NCBI GenBank assembly: GCA_964444505.1
Contig: CAYUHF010000007.1
Location: forward strand, 6,720-70,719
Source: an uncultured Methanosarcinales archaeon
GTDB lineage: Archaea > Nanobdellota > Nanobdellia > Woesearchaeales > JAGVZT01
Direction of reading: 5' to 3'
Length of the DNA: 64,000 nt
The notes under the pieces are model-generated. The model made no database searches, was not told where the DNA came from, and was given only the letters and a program-made list of their open reading frames with translations. Below, piece after piece: positions 28,388 to 39,466 of this stretch. Numbering within the stretch: the stretch's first letter is position 1; every line of letters begins with the position of its first letter. Made by a program: the position numbers and the translations under genes.

Positions 28388-31300
28388 TTACTTAAAAACA
28401 TCGATAACGAGTTTAGTTGGCTTTCCTCTGAAAACAACTACTCTTACTTGTCTTACCAGATGTTCAACATCAGATGCTGCTGTGTCAACCACTCTTAGTT
28501 CTTGGGTTTCGTAGGGTTCTCCCTCACAGCAGATAATTTCATGTGTACTATTATATGCTCTTACCCATCCATCATTTTTGTTGTTGCAGATTCTTGTTGT
28601 ATTTGCATCAAAGAATTCACATCCAACCTTGCCGTTACATTCCCTATGACATATTCTGTCATTAATGTAAGTACAGTCTGATTCACATGGTTCAAATTCC
28701 CAGACTATTGTGAAGTTAATTTCTTTCACATCGAAGATTTCTACTTCTTGTTTTGTTACTGTATCTGACCTAAAGCCAATTTTTGATGCCATTAGGTCGT
28801 ATGTAGCATTAGCAATCACGTAGCTTTCATAATAACCTGAACCATTGGTTGTAACATTGTATCTATAAGTTACTTTCCTTACATCATCATAGCCTACAAA
28901 TTCCACAGTGGCATTTGGTACTCCCTGTCCTGTAGAGTTCTTGACCCAGCCAAAGAATACTGCATTTGTGTCGCCAAAGTGCCATTCACCAGGATCACAC
29001 AACTCCTGCCAGCCATCCCCGTCAATATCTGTGTAGATTTGATCGTGCAGATCATGCTGGTTGTATATTCTTATCCTGCACTCACCGTCAACCCACTGAC
29101 ATCTGTCGTCTTCATTACACTCTTTCATATCAATCCTAGGATTATCATTATCTTCATACTGTGAACATTCACTTGCTAACTGCTGTTCATCTAATTCGAG
29201 CTGTGCATAAACAATATCATAGTCTTTGTAGCACTTTCCTTCAAACACACAATCAGTTTCATTATCACAGCAGGCATTATCTGAATAATTTATCCTGTCC
29301 ATAAAAAATCCTTCAATAAGTGATTCTTTGCTTGTGCTTACTACTTCACGGAACCTAAATGTTTCTCCAAGATCATCACCACAGCATTCTGTTGATGTGC
29401 TCAGATCATATTCACCAAATGAGAAAGTCTCTCCATTTTGTGTCCAGTTCAAATCACAGAGTTGACATTGGGCACTACCACTATCACAATCATACCACCT
29501 GTCAAATCCTGGTTCGCACAATGCTATATTGTCATTTCCTGTCGGATTAAAGTTGTTTGCATTTTCGTTATCTTCATAACAGGCACCACTTACATTAACA
29601 CAATCATTCGTGTTATTGCAGCATCCATTTGTATTTGGGTCATCGGGCCACACCATTGAAATATCATTGTTGACATCTGCATTTCTTTTCAAATACTTGT
29701 ATGTCTCGTTAAGATCATCTCCACAACACTCATAGTCATCAAGAACATTTGTGTATTCGCCTACAAACTCACCTGCTCTTGTCCAATGTGCTTCAAGTCC
29801 TACTGTACCCAGTAGTGCATTGCATCCAGTACACTTGGCCATTTCATAATCACAATCAATCCACTGGTCACTTTCTAATGCCTCTCCACAATAAGCTACT
29901 CTGTCATAATCATCTGTATCATTAAGGAATCCTGCATTATTCTCCTGCACACATAGATTGTCTTTGTCCACACAGTTATTGTCTTCCCTGCAGCAAGCTT
30001 CTGTGTTGAGCTCCTTGTTGACAAATGCATTTGCCCCCCCAACATATTTTGTAAAGTTTTTGTAGTACTCAAATGAGTCATCTCCACAGCATCTGGGTGT
30101 GGTCAGGTCATAGTACTCTCCAACATTTGATTCTCCGGCAGTGACGGCATTGTGATCCGTATCAGGAGCATAAGTTCTATCACCATAAAGTTTTGGAGGA
30201 TTCTGTGGACCGCAAATATCTGCGCACCAGAAGTCCATAAAGTCAGCATCGTCACAGTCAAGCCAGGTTCCATTACCGTTTGAATCTAAGCCACTATAGC
30301 AATGTGAGTAAGTGTCATTACCTCCAATGTTCAGATTACCAGTTGTTGCTTCGATTATATCTGATTGACCTTCATTTTGAGTGTTTGACGAGTAGCAATT
30401 GCTTCCGTTCACACAGTCTGTCTGTGAATCACAGCAGGCATCTTCATTGTCATCAAATTCAATTTCGCTTAGTCCACTCACATGTTCTTCAAGTGATTCT
30501 TCATATCTGATAAACTCTGGAACGTCATCTCCGCAACATTCATCTCCTCCCACTTCTCCGCCTATCTGCCAGCCATAATCATTTTCTAAACAGTAATTCT
30601 CATCATCAATATCATACCATCCACCTTCATAGCACATCACTTCATGCTGTCCACCGTCTACCCAAATTGTAGTACTATTTTCAAAGCATTCTCCGTTGAA
30701 GACACAATCTGTTTCTTTATCACAGCATGCATCATCGTTAGTGTCAGTAACAATACTGGAATCTCCCTGATCTTGAACATCTCTGAATACATAATATTCT
30801 GAAAGATCATCACCACAGCATTCTGTTGATGTGCTGAGATCATATTCGCCAAATGAAGATGTCTCCCCATTTTCTGCATAGTCAAATCCACACTGGTTTT
30901 CACAGAAACTCTGTGAGCCGTCACAATCTCTCCATTCTCCTGAAACACACCTTTCTCCTGCTACTGTATCCAAGTTAACATCTAACATTGTGCCTGAGGC
31001 ATAGCAATCACCGTCAAATACACAATCTCCTGAATTATCACAACATGCCTCATCCCCACTATTTGATCCTCCAGTACAGTTCTCATTTGTTCGGTCATTG
31101 CACGTACTAGCTGCATAATCTCTACGGTAGTTGTATTCTTCATTTGCATCATCACCGCAACAACACATCTGACTGGCGTGGTCTCCTGAAGCAATGTTGC
31201 AGAAGTTGGGTCTGGTGTGACCAAAAGCATCATAGTAATATCCATCTTCTGATACTGCTTCTCCACCCACATTCCAGAAGTATGTGGGTTCGCATACACC

Positions 31301-34300
31301 TATTGCGTAATCGAGATTAAGCCAGCTCCCATCGTCTCCCTGACTTTCTGGCAGACAGAAATAATCTTCTCTTCCATCGTTATCATAATCAATATATTCT
31401 CCTGGATCATAGCAAATTCCATTGAAAACACATTTATCAGCGCCTGTACAGCAGGCATTATCTGTGGTATCATTCTGTGCTTTTCCATGGTCTTCTTCCT
31501 GCGGCATATTTGGCCTGAATAATCTGAAATAATTATAGTACTCGTCTTCATCATCACCACAGCAATTAAGTTGTCCTCCCCCAGCTGTCCAGTCTATACC
31601 CATATCACCTGCTGTTGTGTCACAGGTTGAATCACAGTATGACTGGAGTTCATCTGGATCCTGCCATCGTGCATTGCTGCAATAAGACTTGTGGCCTGTA
31701 CCAAAACCATGGCATTGCCCCTGTACAACACAATCACCAGTTGTATTAACACAGTCTGTTGCAGAGCTACAGCAAGCTTCGTCTGCCCCAGAACACCAAG
31801 CATTATTGGAATTGTCTGAATCATAGCATTCCACATAATTTTCAAAGAAATCATCACCACAACAGTTTGCGACGCCTGACTCAAATATCCAGGAAGTACT
31901 ATAACAACTGCTTCCCGGAGGACAAGCATCCATAAACTCATCTATATTATTATCAACCTGATCAGAAGGAACAAGTCCAGTCTCATTATCACAACATGCA
32001 GAGTCAGGAATTCCCCCATCCGTAAAGGTATCTGGATTGCACACTTGGTCTTCACACTGGCAAGTATCATAATCACATTCTTGGTAACCAGAACATGCTG
32101 TGCTTCCATCACATGTTGCAGTGCAATTCTCAAAAGTACATACTGCAGGCCCACAATCTGCTGCCATATCCCCAGTATCTTCTACACATGTACCGTAGTT
32201 TGGATAGTATTTATTTCCATCACATTCTGTATCACACCATCTGCAACCTGCTGTTGCACAATCAGTTGGATTATCAATTTCAGAACAAGTACCAGGGATA
32301 CATGTTATTGACTGGTTTTTATCTGTTCCATTCTGGTGCGAACGATCAATAGTCTCAGCATCATTACCACTATATACACCGCAAACAATATGTACTGTAT
32401 CCTGACCGTCACAATCTATTTGCTCATTATTGAAATATACATCATCATATGTTGCACTCCACGTATCATCTCCATCTTCCCAGCCCAGATCTTCGTCACC
32501 TGAACTATAAACACCATTCTGGTCTCTGTCAATGTAAGCAAAGATACTATCATATCCCTGACCTGATGGTGCTGTGGGGTCAACTGTACAGGTAATATCA
32601 ATATCACTACCTGATACAACTTCTGGTGCCGAGAGTGAGATATCAATTATTCCGACATCACATCCATCATCCCCGTGAATCCCGTCACGGTTATCATAGT
32701 CTGTTTCGCCATCTCCATCATTATCAATACCATCATTGCAGTTACCTGCGATGTGAGATTCCTCTGTCTGGCAGTGCGGATCCTCAAGATCAGTCAATCC
32801 GTCGCAGTCATTATCTATTCCATCATCACATGTTAATTCCCTATCCCATTCAGTCTGGCAGTGACCAGTAAGGTCAACACAATTACTTAAATCTGAACAG
32901 CATCTTTCAGGACCCAAACCAGCTGTCACATAAATCTCATCAACGTCATCTCCACAGCATTCAGTTTCACCTGGCTGATACTCTCCGTGGCCAAAATCTT
33001 CTCCTGATTCAACATAGCAGTCTATACCTGAACAGTCAGGGAGGTTTGTCCCGGAATCACAGTAAGCGCATGTAGTTGACGAGTTATCACAATCATACCA
33101 CTTGCCATCACCAGCTTCAGCTATACAGACTGCATCAGATTCTGAGTCACCAATACCAAGATGATATCCTATATTTAGTGCAGCATAACAATCACCATTA
33201 TAAACACAGTCATCAGTGTTGTCACAGCATGAATTATCTGTAGTAACATCTGCTGGACAAAACATTCCTGCTCCAGATGTGTGGCAATGCCTGTACTCAA
33301 AAAACTCATCTTGGTCATCACCACAGCAAAGTCCCTGTGTTCCTACACCAAACCCAATATCATAGCATGAACTTCCAGGTGGACAGTTTTCTGCAAAGTT
33401 TTCTATTGGCTGCGAAACATCCACGTTTGGATAGTATCCTGTTTCATTATCACAACATTGTTGGCCTGCGTCAGGGTCGCATTCCTCGTCTGTGCACAAG
33501 CAGGTATCAGTATCGCAGGTTGCAGGAAGTGTGCATCCTCCGCTCATACCACACCCGTCCACAATACACTTTCCTTGTGTACAAACTGGGTCTGCACATC
33601 CAGTGCTTGCATCCACACATGTAAGATAGTCTGGATAATATTTTGGTCCATCACACTCCTGATCACACCAAGTACATTGTGGATCTGCATTACAATCTCC
33701 CTCTTCAAGGTCTCCACACCCTTCCAAACAGGTAACTGTCTGCCACACGTCAGGACCGTTCTGGTAGGATCTATTATATTTTTCTCTGGAATCATTATAG
33801 ACACCACATGCAATATCCACACTCGGTGCACTTAGGCAGTTTATTGTTTCATTTCTGAAAACAACTTCATCATCATTCGGCCAGTAATCATCTGAATCCC
33901 ATGTAAAATCTGTATCTCCGGCGTCATATATTCCGTTTCCATTTCTGTCAATATACGCAAAGATACTATCATAACCTGTGCCTGCTGGAGCAGTTGGATT
34001 GACATTACATGTTATGTTAAGTTTTCTCCCAGAGATTACTTCTGTATCTGAAAGTGTGATTGAATCAATTCCGACAGGACAACCATCGTCTCCATGAGGA
34101 GATGGCCCACTAGCTCCCCTGTTTTGAGTGTCATAATCCCATTCTCCATCACAATCTGTATCATTACCGTCATTACACTGGCTCTCTTGCACACCAAACT
34201 CATCTCTGCAGAGGTTTAGGCTGTCAACACAGTTCTTACCATCCTGACAACATCTTGGGTCTCCAACTCCGTCCGAGACATAATTTTCATTATCATCATC

Positions 34301-37300
34301 TCCACAGCACTCCGAGGCAGTTCCAGAGTTGTATTCTCCAAATTGTGATGATTCTCCTCCCTGGACATAATCAAGACCACATAATGCCCCAGTACATGTT
34401 GTAGAATCAGCATCACAGTCCCTCCACTCGCCAGCAATACATATCGCACCAGGAATACTATCTGCATCCGGGTCACCTTTTGTATCTTCAATATAGCAGT
34501 CTCCACCATATACGCAATCATTCTCCCCACTGCAACAAAACTTATCTGAAGGATCTGAACCTCCTACACAGTTATTATCATAAATATCAGAGCATGCACT
34601 TCCTCCCTGATCAACCAAGTAGGTGAAATATTCTGAATCATCATCTCCGCAGCAAATTCCGTTTGATTTAATATTATAACAGGAAGTCCCTGGGGGACAG
34701 TTCTCTGCAAAGTTTTCTATTGGCTGCGAAACATCCACGTTTGGATAGTATCCTGTTTCATTATCACAGCACTGCGGGCTTGAATCAGGGTCGCATTCCT
34801 GATCCTCACACTGGCATGTATCATAGTCACATTCCTGATTGCCTGAACATGCTGTGCTTCCATCACATGTTGCAGTGCAATTCTCAAAAGTACATACTGC
34901 AGGCCCACAATCTGCTGCCATATCTCCGGTATCTTCAACACACATACCGTAGTTTGGATAGTATTTATTTCCATCACATTCTGTATCACACCATCGGCAA
35001 CCTGCTGTTGCACAGTCGACTGAGTTTTCAATTTCAGAACAAGTGCTTGGGATACATGTTATTGAGTGGGATTTATCTGTTCCATTCTGGTATGATCTGT
35101 CCCATGGTTCAGTTGGAGAGGAATATACTCCACAAACAACATGTACTGTATCCTGACCGTCGCAATCTATTTGCTCATTATTGAAATAAACTTCACCATA
35201 GGTCGGATCCCAAGTATCATCTCCATCTTCCCAGCTCAGATCCTCGTCACCTGAACTCCACACACCATTCTGATCCCTGTCAACATACGCAAAAATACTA
35301 TTATATCCTCTATCTTTTGGTGCTGTCGGATCAACTGTACAAGTAATGTCAATATCATTACCTGATACTACTTCTGCTGCCGAGAGTGAGATATCAATTA
35401 TTCCTACATCGCATCCATCATCTCCATGCTCAGGATCATTCATATTATCATAATCAGTCAAATCATCCCCGTCATTATCGATACCATCATTACAGTTACC
35501 TGCGATGTGAGATTCCTCTGTCAAGCAGTTTGGATCTTCATCGTCCGTCAGACCGTCACAGTCATTGTCAATATCATCATCACAATTCACACCCAGCGTT
35601 TCAGTACCAGATCTGCAATTGTTTGTTCCATCAACGCATGTATTCCCGTCTGCACAGCATCTGGGTTCACCAACTCCTGCTGTAATGTAATTCTCACCTG
35701 CATCGTCTTCACAACATTCCTCTTCGGCACCTGTGTCGTATTCACCAAATTGAACAGATTCACCACCATAAACATAGTTATAGTCACAGATTGTCTCGCA
35801 AGCATAATTATTTGAGTCACAATCCGACCACCTTCCAGGATTATCACCTGACAAATCCCAATCGTTACACCATTCACCCAGTACACCATCTCCGTCAATA
35901 TCTGCCATATCAAGATCATTATAACAAGTGCTCTCAAAGACACATTGTTGACTTTGAGGGCAACAAGTACCGTCTGTAACATCATCACTTTTTCCGACAC
36001 ACACAGGATTAGTTATGTCGTTGCATCCATTTGTGGCATATTGGTCATAGTAAACATAATATTCTTGGTTATCATCTCCACAGCAAGCTGCATTTCCTTC
36101 AAGAAATGTCCAATCTTCGCTATAACAACTACCAGACGAAGACGCAGGACATTGGTTGTCAAAAACACTTGGTTCATTATCAGTATTCATATTAGGTAAA
36201 TAACTTCCTTCACTATCACAGCAAGCTTGGCTTAAATCAGGATCACATGGTGTTGCTTCATAGCAGTTGCCACTGGCATCAACTATTTTATCTGACTCAT
36301 TACAACATCTGGCAGGGTTTACACCATCATTGATATAGTATTCGTTAGGGTCGTCACCACAGCATTCTTCTTCAGAATCAAAATTACATCCCAGGTTTTC
36401 ACACTCTGTCTTATCACTTAAAACTGAACAATCACCCATATTTGTACACTCATCTAAAAAACTGTCCCATGCACATCCCGCTTCACTTAAGCCATTACAG
36501 CAGGATAATGATCCTCCACAAGCAGCATAGCAATCAAATGTTCCAGAGCAACGCAATTCATATTCTCCATGGTCTGTTAATTCACCTGAATAAGCTACTC
36601 CTGTATTAACTCCTTCTGAGGCTCCCCACTCTTCACAATAATCATAGTCAGGATCTATCCAATATCTATCCTTACAATAGAAACTTTGAGATATTGAATT
36701 CCCATTGCAATTCATATCCTCTCCATATCTAAAAGTTGTATCACTAGGATAACAGCAACGTGGACCAACAATAGGATATGCACCCCCTATACAATCTGTC
36801 TCTGACTGACAGCAAGCAACACTATTGGTGTTGTGTACCTCAGAAGTATCATCCTCATCAGTGTAAGCCATATTATGTATAGCATAATCAAATAAACCAT
36901 CACAACAAACTGGTGAGCTAGCATTCACTATAATTTCAGTTTTTCCCCATTGGGCCCAGTCGTATCCTGTATCTCCCTCCCAGGAATTTCTTTCAGGATG
37001 TGTAGTAAACCAAAATCGTTGGATTGATCCAGCATAATTACTAAGATCTACAGCAAAAGGTACCCACCCTGTATCATTTACTAAAAGTCCACTCCATACA
37101 ACGCTATCAGATACGCTATTGAGATCCATTTTTGAAGTGGTGCTTATTCTAATAGTGAACCAAACACCCCCGCTATTTCTGGAACCATCGGCTATACCCG
37201 CATAGCCCACAAGATATGCATCATCCGGAACAAATTTATCGTATATATGTACTGTTGTTCCAGTTCCTACTGCCGTATTCCATGAAGGATGTGCCTGTCT

Positions 37301-38692
37301 TGCGACCATTGCCTCACCCCCCACAGTCGGATATCCAATATTCTGCTGCTGACATACATCCCAGAACATTCCCTCATTAGTTTTTGTCCCATTTCTTCCG
37401 GGTTTTGGATCTGAATAGAAATCACTGTATACATCTCCTGATGACTTAAAGAATTCATTAGCATCATCTCCACAACACCCTGTTTCCAAAAGAATGGAGT
37501 CTCCCGCTCTTATTGCAATGTCATCAAAATAAATTGGCATTCCATCCGCATTGTCGCCATCTGTAACTGCTCTTATTCTGACAGTACCACTAGAATCAGA
37601 TGTAAAATTACATTGCACATATTCCCACTGGTTGTATACGCCAGCAGTGGTTCCTGCATGACACTCATATACTGCATCATGAAGATCAAGATAAGCATTT
37701 CCTGGATAGAAAAGATCAGTCTTTTCTCTGTATATATAGCCTGTGAGATTGAACATTGTATTTTTTGGTACATCAACTTCCTGCCAGGTGCTTACCCCTG
37801 GACCTGTTCCTGTCCAACTGCTCTTCAAAGAGTAACTTCCTGAATGGGCCCTCTCATCAGACCTAGTATGATCAGCATGCTCATTCCAATCTTCAGCATC
37901 GTTACTTGATCCTCTTTCAAATCCTGAGTTTTTAACCACTCCTCTGTATTCTCCATGTGGTGTCCTTTCCCCACTCTGGACTCCCGCGGGACTACCACAA
38001 TATGCATTTGGATAGTCCCAATCCGAATTTGTACAGGCACCACTATCCCAGGAATCACAACTTGGATTACACCAGTTCTTGAACCAATTGTTTGAGTCAC
38101 AGTCAAGCCAGGTCGCTGGCTGGGAATCTGGGGCGGATGGACTTTGATCATAGAGACAATATGCTAGATTATCATTACGACCTGGATGAAGCCCCACATG
38201 AATAAAATCACCGAATTGTGAAAAACTGCTGCCTGATGGATGAGGATCTCCTTCCTTATCAAGGCACTCCGCACTTAAACTAACTCTGGTATCAGCGTGG
38301 TTACAAAAACCTATTGTCTGATATCCCCACTTGTCAATGTGAGCACATCTGTTAACAAAAAAGCCAGAGAATATAGTGTCATTGTCACAGTCCTCCGGAT
38401 AATCTGGATTCGAGGGATTACAACCATCCTCACAGCTTCTCGCATCATAAAAGCCAGGCTCTCCAATTACCTGTGTACATGTTTGCCCGTCTGCCTCATC
38501 AAAAGTACCACATGCATTACATGTGCATGAATCTTCTCCTCGACTGCATTCAAAATAATTTTCTCCCCATGAAGGGGGTTGGTAACAGCAAACAACAGTT
38601 TCCCCAGCAACTTGTAAGACTAAAAATAGACATAATACACTAATTATCCAAAAATGCTTCCTCATATCCAGCCTCTTTTTTATTTTTTTCAA
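28388..38692 (-). CDS. giant secreted cysteine-rich surface protein (3434 aa)
   Basis: The start shows a Sec signal peptide. A CBM4/9-like jelly-roll domain (GFERGS..W..AHSGSYSLK) follows. There are more than 10 CCGDD...CC...CY modules and three ~460-aa tandem repeats. A C-terminal carboxypeptidase-regulatory-like domain is present. The protein has no TM anchor other than the signal peptide. Confidence 0.85.
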   Translation of the reverse strand: MKKIKKRLDMRKHFWIISVLCLFLVLQVAGETVVCCYQPPSWGENYFECSRGEDSCTCNACGTFDEADGQTCTQVIGEPGFYDARSCEDGCNPSNPDYPEDCDNDTIFSGFFVNRCAHIDKWGYQTIGFCNHADTRVSLSAECLDKEGDPHPSGSSFSQFGDFIHVGLHPGRNDNLAYCLYDQSPSAPDSQPATWLDCDSNNWFKNWCNPSCDSWDSGACTNSDWDYPNAYCGSPAGVQSGERTPHGEYRGVVKNSGFERGSSNDAEDWNEHADHTRSDERAHSGSYSLKSSWTGTGPGVSTWQEVDVPKNTMFNLTGYIYREKTDLFYPGNAYLDLHDAVYECHAGTTAGVYNQWEYVQCNFTSDSSGTVRIRAVTDGDNADGMPIYFDDIAIRAGDSILLETGCCGDDANEFFKSSGDVYSDFYSDPKPGRNGTKTNEGMFWDVCQQQNIGYPTVGGEAMVARQAHPSWNTAVGTGTTVHIYDKFVPDDAYLVGYAGIADGSRNSGGVWFTIRISTTSKMDLNSVSDSVVWSGLLVNDTGWVPFAVDLSNYAGSIQRFWFTTHPERNSWEGDTGYDWAQWGKTEIIVNASSPVCCDGLFDYAIHNMAYTDEDDTSEVHNTNSVACCQSETDCIGGAYPIVGPRCCYPSDTTFRYGEDMNCNGNSISQSFYCKDRYWIDPDYDYCEEWGASEGVNTGVAYSGELTDHGEYELRCSGTFDCYAACGGSLSCCNGLSEAGCAWDSFLDECTNMGDCSVLSDKTECENLGCNFDSEEECCGDDPNEYYINDGVNPARCCNESDKIVDASGNCYEATPCDPDLSQACCDSEGSYLPNMNTDNEPSVFDNQCPASSSGSCYSEDWTFLEGNAACCGDDNQEYYVYYDQYATNGCNDITNPVCVGKSDDVTDGTCCPQSQQCVFESTCYNDLDMADIDGDGVLGEWCNDWDLSGDNPGRWSDCDSNNYACETICDYNYVYGGESVQFGEYDTGAEEECCEDDAGENYITAGVGEPRCCADGNTCVDGTNNCRSGTETLGVNCDDDIDNDCDGLTDDEDPNCLTEESHIAGNCNDGIDNDGDDLTDYDNMNDPEHGDDGCDVGIIDISLSAAEVVSGNDIDITCTVDPTAPKDRGYNSIFAYVDRDQNGVWSSGDEDLSWEDGDDTWDPTYGEVYFNNEQIDCDGQDTVHVVCGVYSSPTEPWDRSYQNGTDKSHSITCIPSTCSEIENSVDCATAGCRWCDTECDGNKYYPNYGMCVEDTGDMAADCGPAVCTFENCTATCDGSTACSGNQECDYDTCQCEDQECDPDSSPQCCDNETGYYPNVDVSQPIENFAENCPPGTSCYNIKSNGICCGDDDSEYFTYLVDQGGSACSDIYDNNCVGGSDPSDKFCCSGENDCVYGGDCYIEDTKGDPDADSIPGAICIAGEWRDCDADSTTCTGALCGLDYVQGGESSQFGEYNSGTASECCGDDDNENYVSDGVGDPRCCQDGKNCVDSLNLCRDEFGVQESQCNDGNDTDCDGEWDYDTQNRGASGPSPHGDDGCPVGIDSITLSDTEVISGRKLNITCNVNPTAPAGTGYDSIFAYIDRNGNGIYDAGDTDFTWDSDDYWPNDDEVVFRNETINCLSAPSVDIACGVYNDSREKYNRSYQNGPDVWQTVTCLEGCGDLEEGDCNADPQCTWCDQECDGPKYYPDYLTCVDASTGCADPVCTQGKCIVDGCGMSGGCTLPATCDTDTCLCTDEECDPDAGQQCCDNETGYYPNVDVSQPIENFAENCPPGSSCYDIGFGVGTQGLCCGDDQDEFFEYRHCHTSGAGMFCPADVTTDNSCCDNTDDCVYNGDCYAALNIGYHLGIGDSESDAVCIAEAGDGKWYDCDNSSTTCAYCDSGTNLPDCSGIDCYVESGEDFGHGEYQPGETECCGDDVDEIYVTAGLGPERCCSDLSNCVDLTGHCQTEWDRELTCDDGIDNDCDGLTDLEDPHCQTEESHIAGNCNDGIDNDGDGETDYDNRDGIHGDDGCDVGIIDISLSAPEVVSGSDIDITCTVDPTAPSGQGYDSIFAYIDRDQNGVYSSGDEDLGWEDGDDTWSATYDDVYFNNEQIDCDGQDTVHIVCGVYSGNDAETIDRSHQNGTDKNQSITCIPGTCSEIDNPTDCATAGCRWCDTECDGNKYYPNYGTCVEDTGDMAADCGPAVCTFENCTATCDGSTACSGYQECDYDTCQCEDQVCNPDTFTDGGIPDSACCDNETGLVPSDQVDNNIDEFMDACPPGSSCYSTSWIFESGVANCCGDDFFENYVECYDSDNSNNAWCSGADEACCSSATDCVNTTGDCVVQGQCHGFGTGHKSYCSNARWQDPDELQSYCDSTCDTTAGDMGIDWTAGGGQLNCCGDDEDEYYNYFRLFRPNMPQEEDHGKAQNDTTDNACCTGADKCVFNGICYDPGEYIDYDNDGREDYFCLPESQGDDGSWLNLDYAIGVCEPTYFWNVGGEAVSEDGYYYDAFGHTRPNFCNIASGDHASQMCCCGDDANEEYNYRRDYAASTCNDRTNENCTGGSNSGDEACCDNSGDCVFDGDCYASGTMLDVNLDTVAGERCVSGEWRDCDGSQSFCENQCGFDYAENGETSSFGEYDLSTSTECCGDDLSEYYVFRDVQDQGDSSIVTDTNDDACCDKETDCVFNGECFENSTTIWVDGGQHEVMCYEGGWYDIDDENYCLENDYGWQIGGEVGGDECCGDDVPEFIRYEESLEEHVSGLSEIEFDDNEDACCDSQTDCVNGSNCYSSNTQNEGQSDIIEATTGNLNIGGNDTYSHCYSGLDSNGNGTWLDCDDADFMDFWCADICGPQNPPKLYGDRTYAPDTDHNAVTAGESNVGEYYDLTTPRCCGDDSFEYYKNFTKYVGGANAFVNKELNTEACCREDNNCVDKDNLCVQENNAGFLNDTDDYDRVAYCGEALESDQWIDCDYEMAKCTGCNALLGTVGLEAHWTRAGEFVGEYTNVLDDYECCGDDLNETYKYLKRNADVNNDISMVWPDDPNTNGCCNNTNDCVNVSGACYEDNENANNFNPTGNDNIALCEPGFDRWYDCDSGSAQCQLCDLNWTQNGETFSFGEYDLSTSTECCGDDLGETFRFREVVSTSKESLIEGFFMDRINYSDNACCDNETDCVFEGKCYKDYDIVYAQLELDEQQLASECSQYEDNDNPRIDMKECNEDDRCQWVDGECRIRIYNQHDLHDQIYTDIDGDGWQELCDPGEWHFGDTNAVFFGWVKNSTGQGVPNATVEFVGYDDVRKVTYRYNVTTNGSGYYESYVIANATYDLMASKIGFRSDTVTKQEVEIFDVKEINFTIVWEFEPCESDCTYINDRICHRECNGKVGCEFFDANTTRICNNKNDGWVRAYNSTHEIICCEGEPYETQELRVVDTAASDVEHLVRQVRVVVFRGKPTKLVIDVFK
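31300..35700 (-). repeat. three ~1.38-kb tandem intragenic repeats; copies 1 and 3 are near-identical
   Basis: The DNA string acagttacctgcgatgtgagattcctctgt (encoding TEESHIAGNC) recurs at ~32740 and ~35490. Antisense ORFs 31942..32154 and 34717..35031 are near-identical. Confidence 0.7.
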
Positions 38693-38785
38693 ACAATTGC
38701 CTTTAAATATTTTCCGATTTAGAATAGTTATTTAGCAGGATACAAATAATTATATATGAATTTCCCAGATTATATTTTCTAGTTT

Positions 38786-39466
38786 TTGGGTGGTAGATTG
38801 ACTATTGACAGAGTATTCGAGATTTGTTTTGAGGGACCTATTGCATCAGGTAAAACAACCTGCGCCAGACATCTTAAAAAAAACTTGGGTGCCGGCGGAT
38901 TTAGATTAGTGCATGAAGACCCATATGAGAATGAGTTCTTTGGGGATTATTACAGGGCTATGGTGGCTGTGCGTGCAGGAAAACCCGTTCCCTCAGATAT
39001 TGAAGAAGGAATATTTTACATGGCCCAGGACAGGTTTCTTGACTTGACTGTAGAGAGAGAAAGTGCAGGCAATAGTGTGAATAGGGTATCAGACCGGCAT
39101 GTATGGGCTGACATTAATATCTTTGCTGAGGGACTTATAGAAAGAGGTTTGTTTTCACCAGAACACGCCTGCATGTACAGAAAAAAAGCATCAACTATAA
39201 ATATTAATTATCCTGACTTTTTGGTATATCTTGCCACAAGTGATCTGGTTTGTTACCATAGGGCACAAAACCGAAGCAGAGATGAAGAGATGAATGTTTC
39301 ATTTTCGCATTTCGAGTTTATTGGTCAGCGGTACAGGGAGCTGATGCCCACATATCCGGGAAGAGTTTTAACACTTCCAACTGATGAACTTAATCTTGAA
39401 TCTGAGCCTGATGATATCAACTATATGCTTGAACAAGTAGCAGGAGCTCTGGCAAAATTAAATTGA
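38786..39466 (+). CDS. deoxynucleoside kinase (dNK family)
   Basis: P-loop FEGPIASGKTT plus VSDRHVWAD (ERS/DRS-type motif); 226 aa. Confidence 0.7.
   Translation: MGGRLTIDRVFEICFEGPIASGKTTCARHLKKNLGAGGFRLVHEDPYENEFFGDYYRAMVAVRAGKPVPSDIEEGIFYMAQDRFLDLTVERESAGNSVNRVSDRHVWADINIFAEGLIERGLFSPEHACMYRKKASTININYPDFLVYLATSDLVCYHRAQNRSRDEEMNVSFSHFEFIGQRYRELMPTYPGRVLTLPTDELNLESEPDDINYMLEQVAGALAKLN

Noticed and set aside
29000-38500. Many + strand ORFs (for example 32045..32311, 33458..33835, 34720..35184, 35426..35815) and additional minus-frame ORFs inside the giant gene
   Set aside because: All lie antisense or out of frame within the continuous 3434-aa ORF. They are low-complexity and duplicated only because the underlying DNA is repeated, so they are not independent genes.
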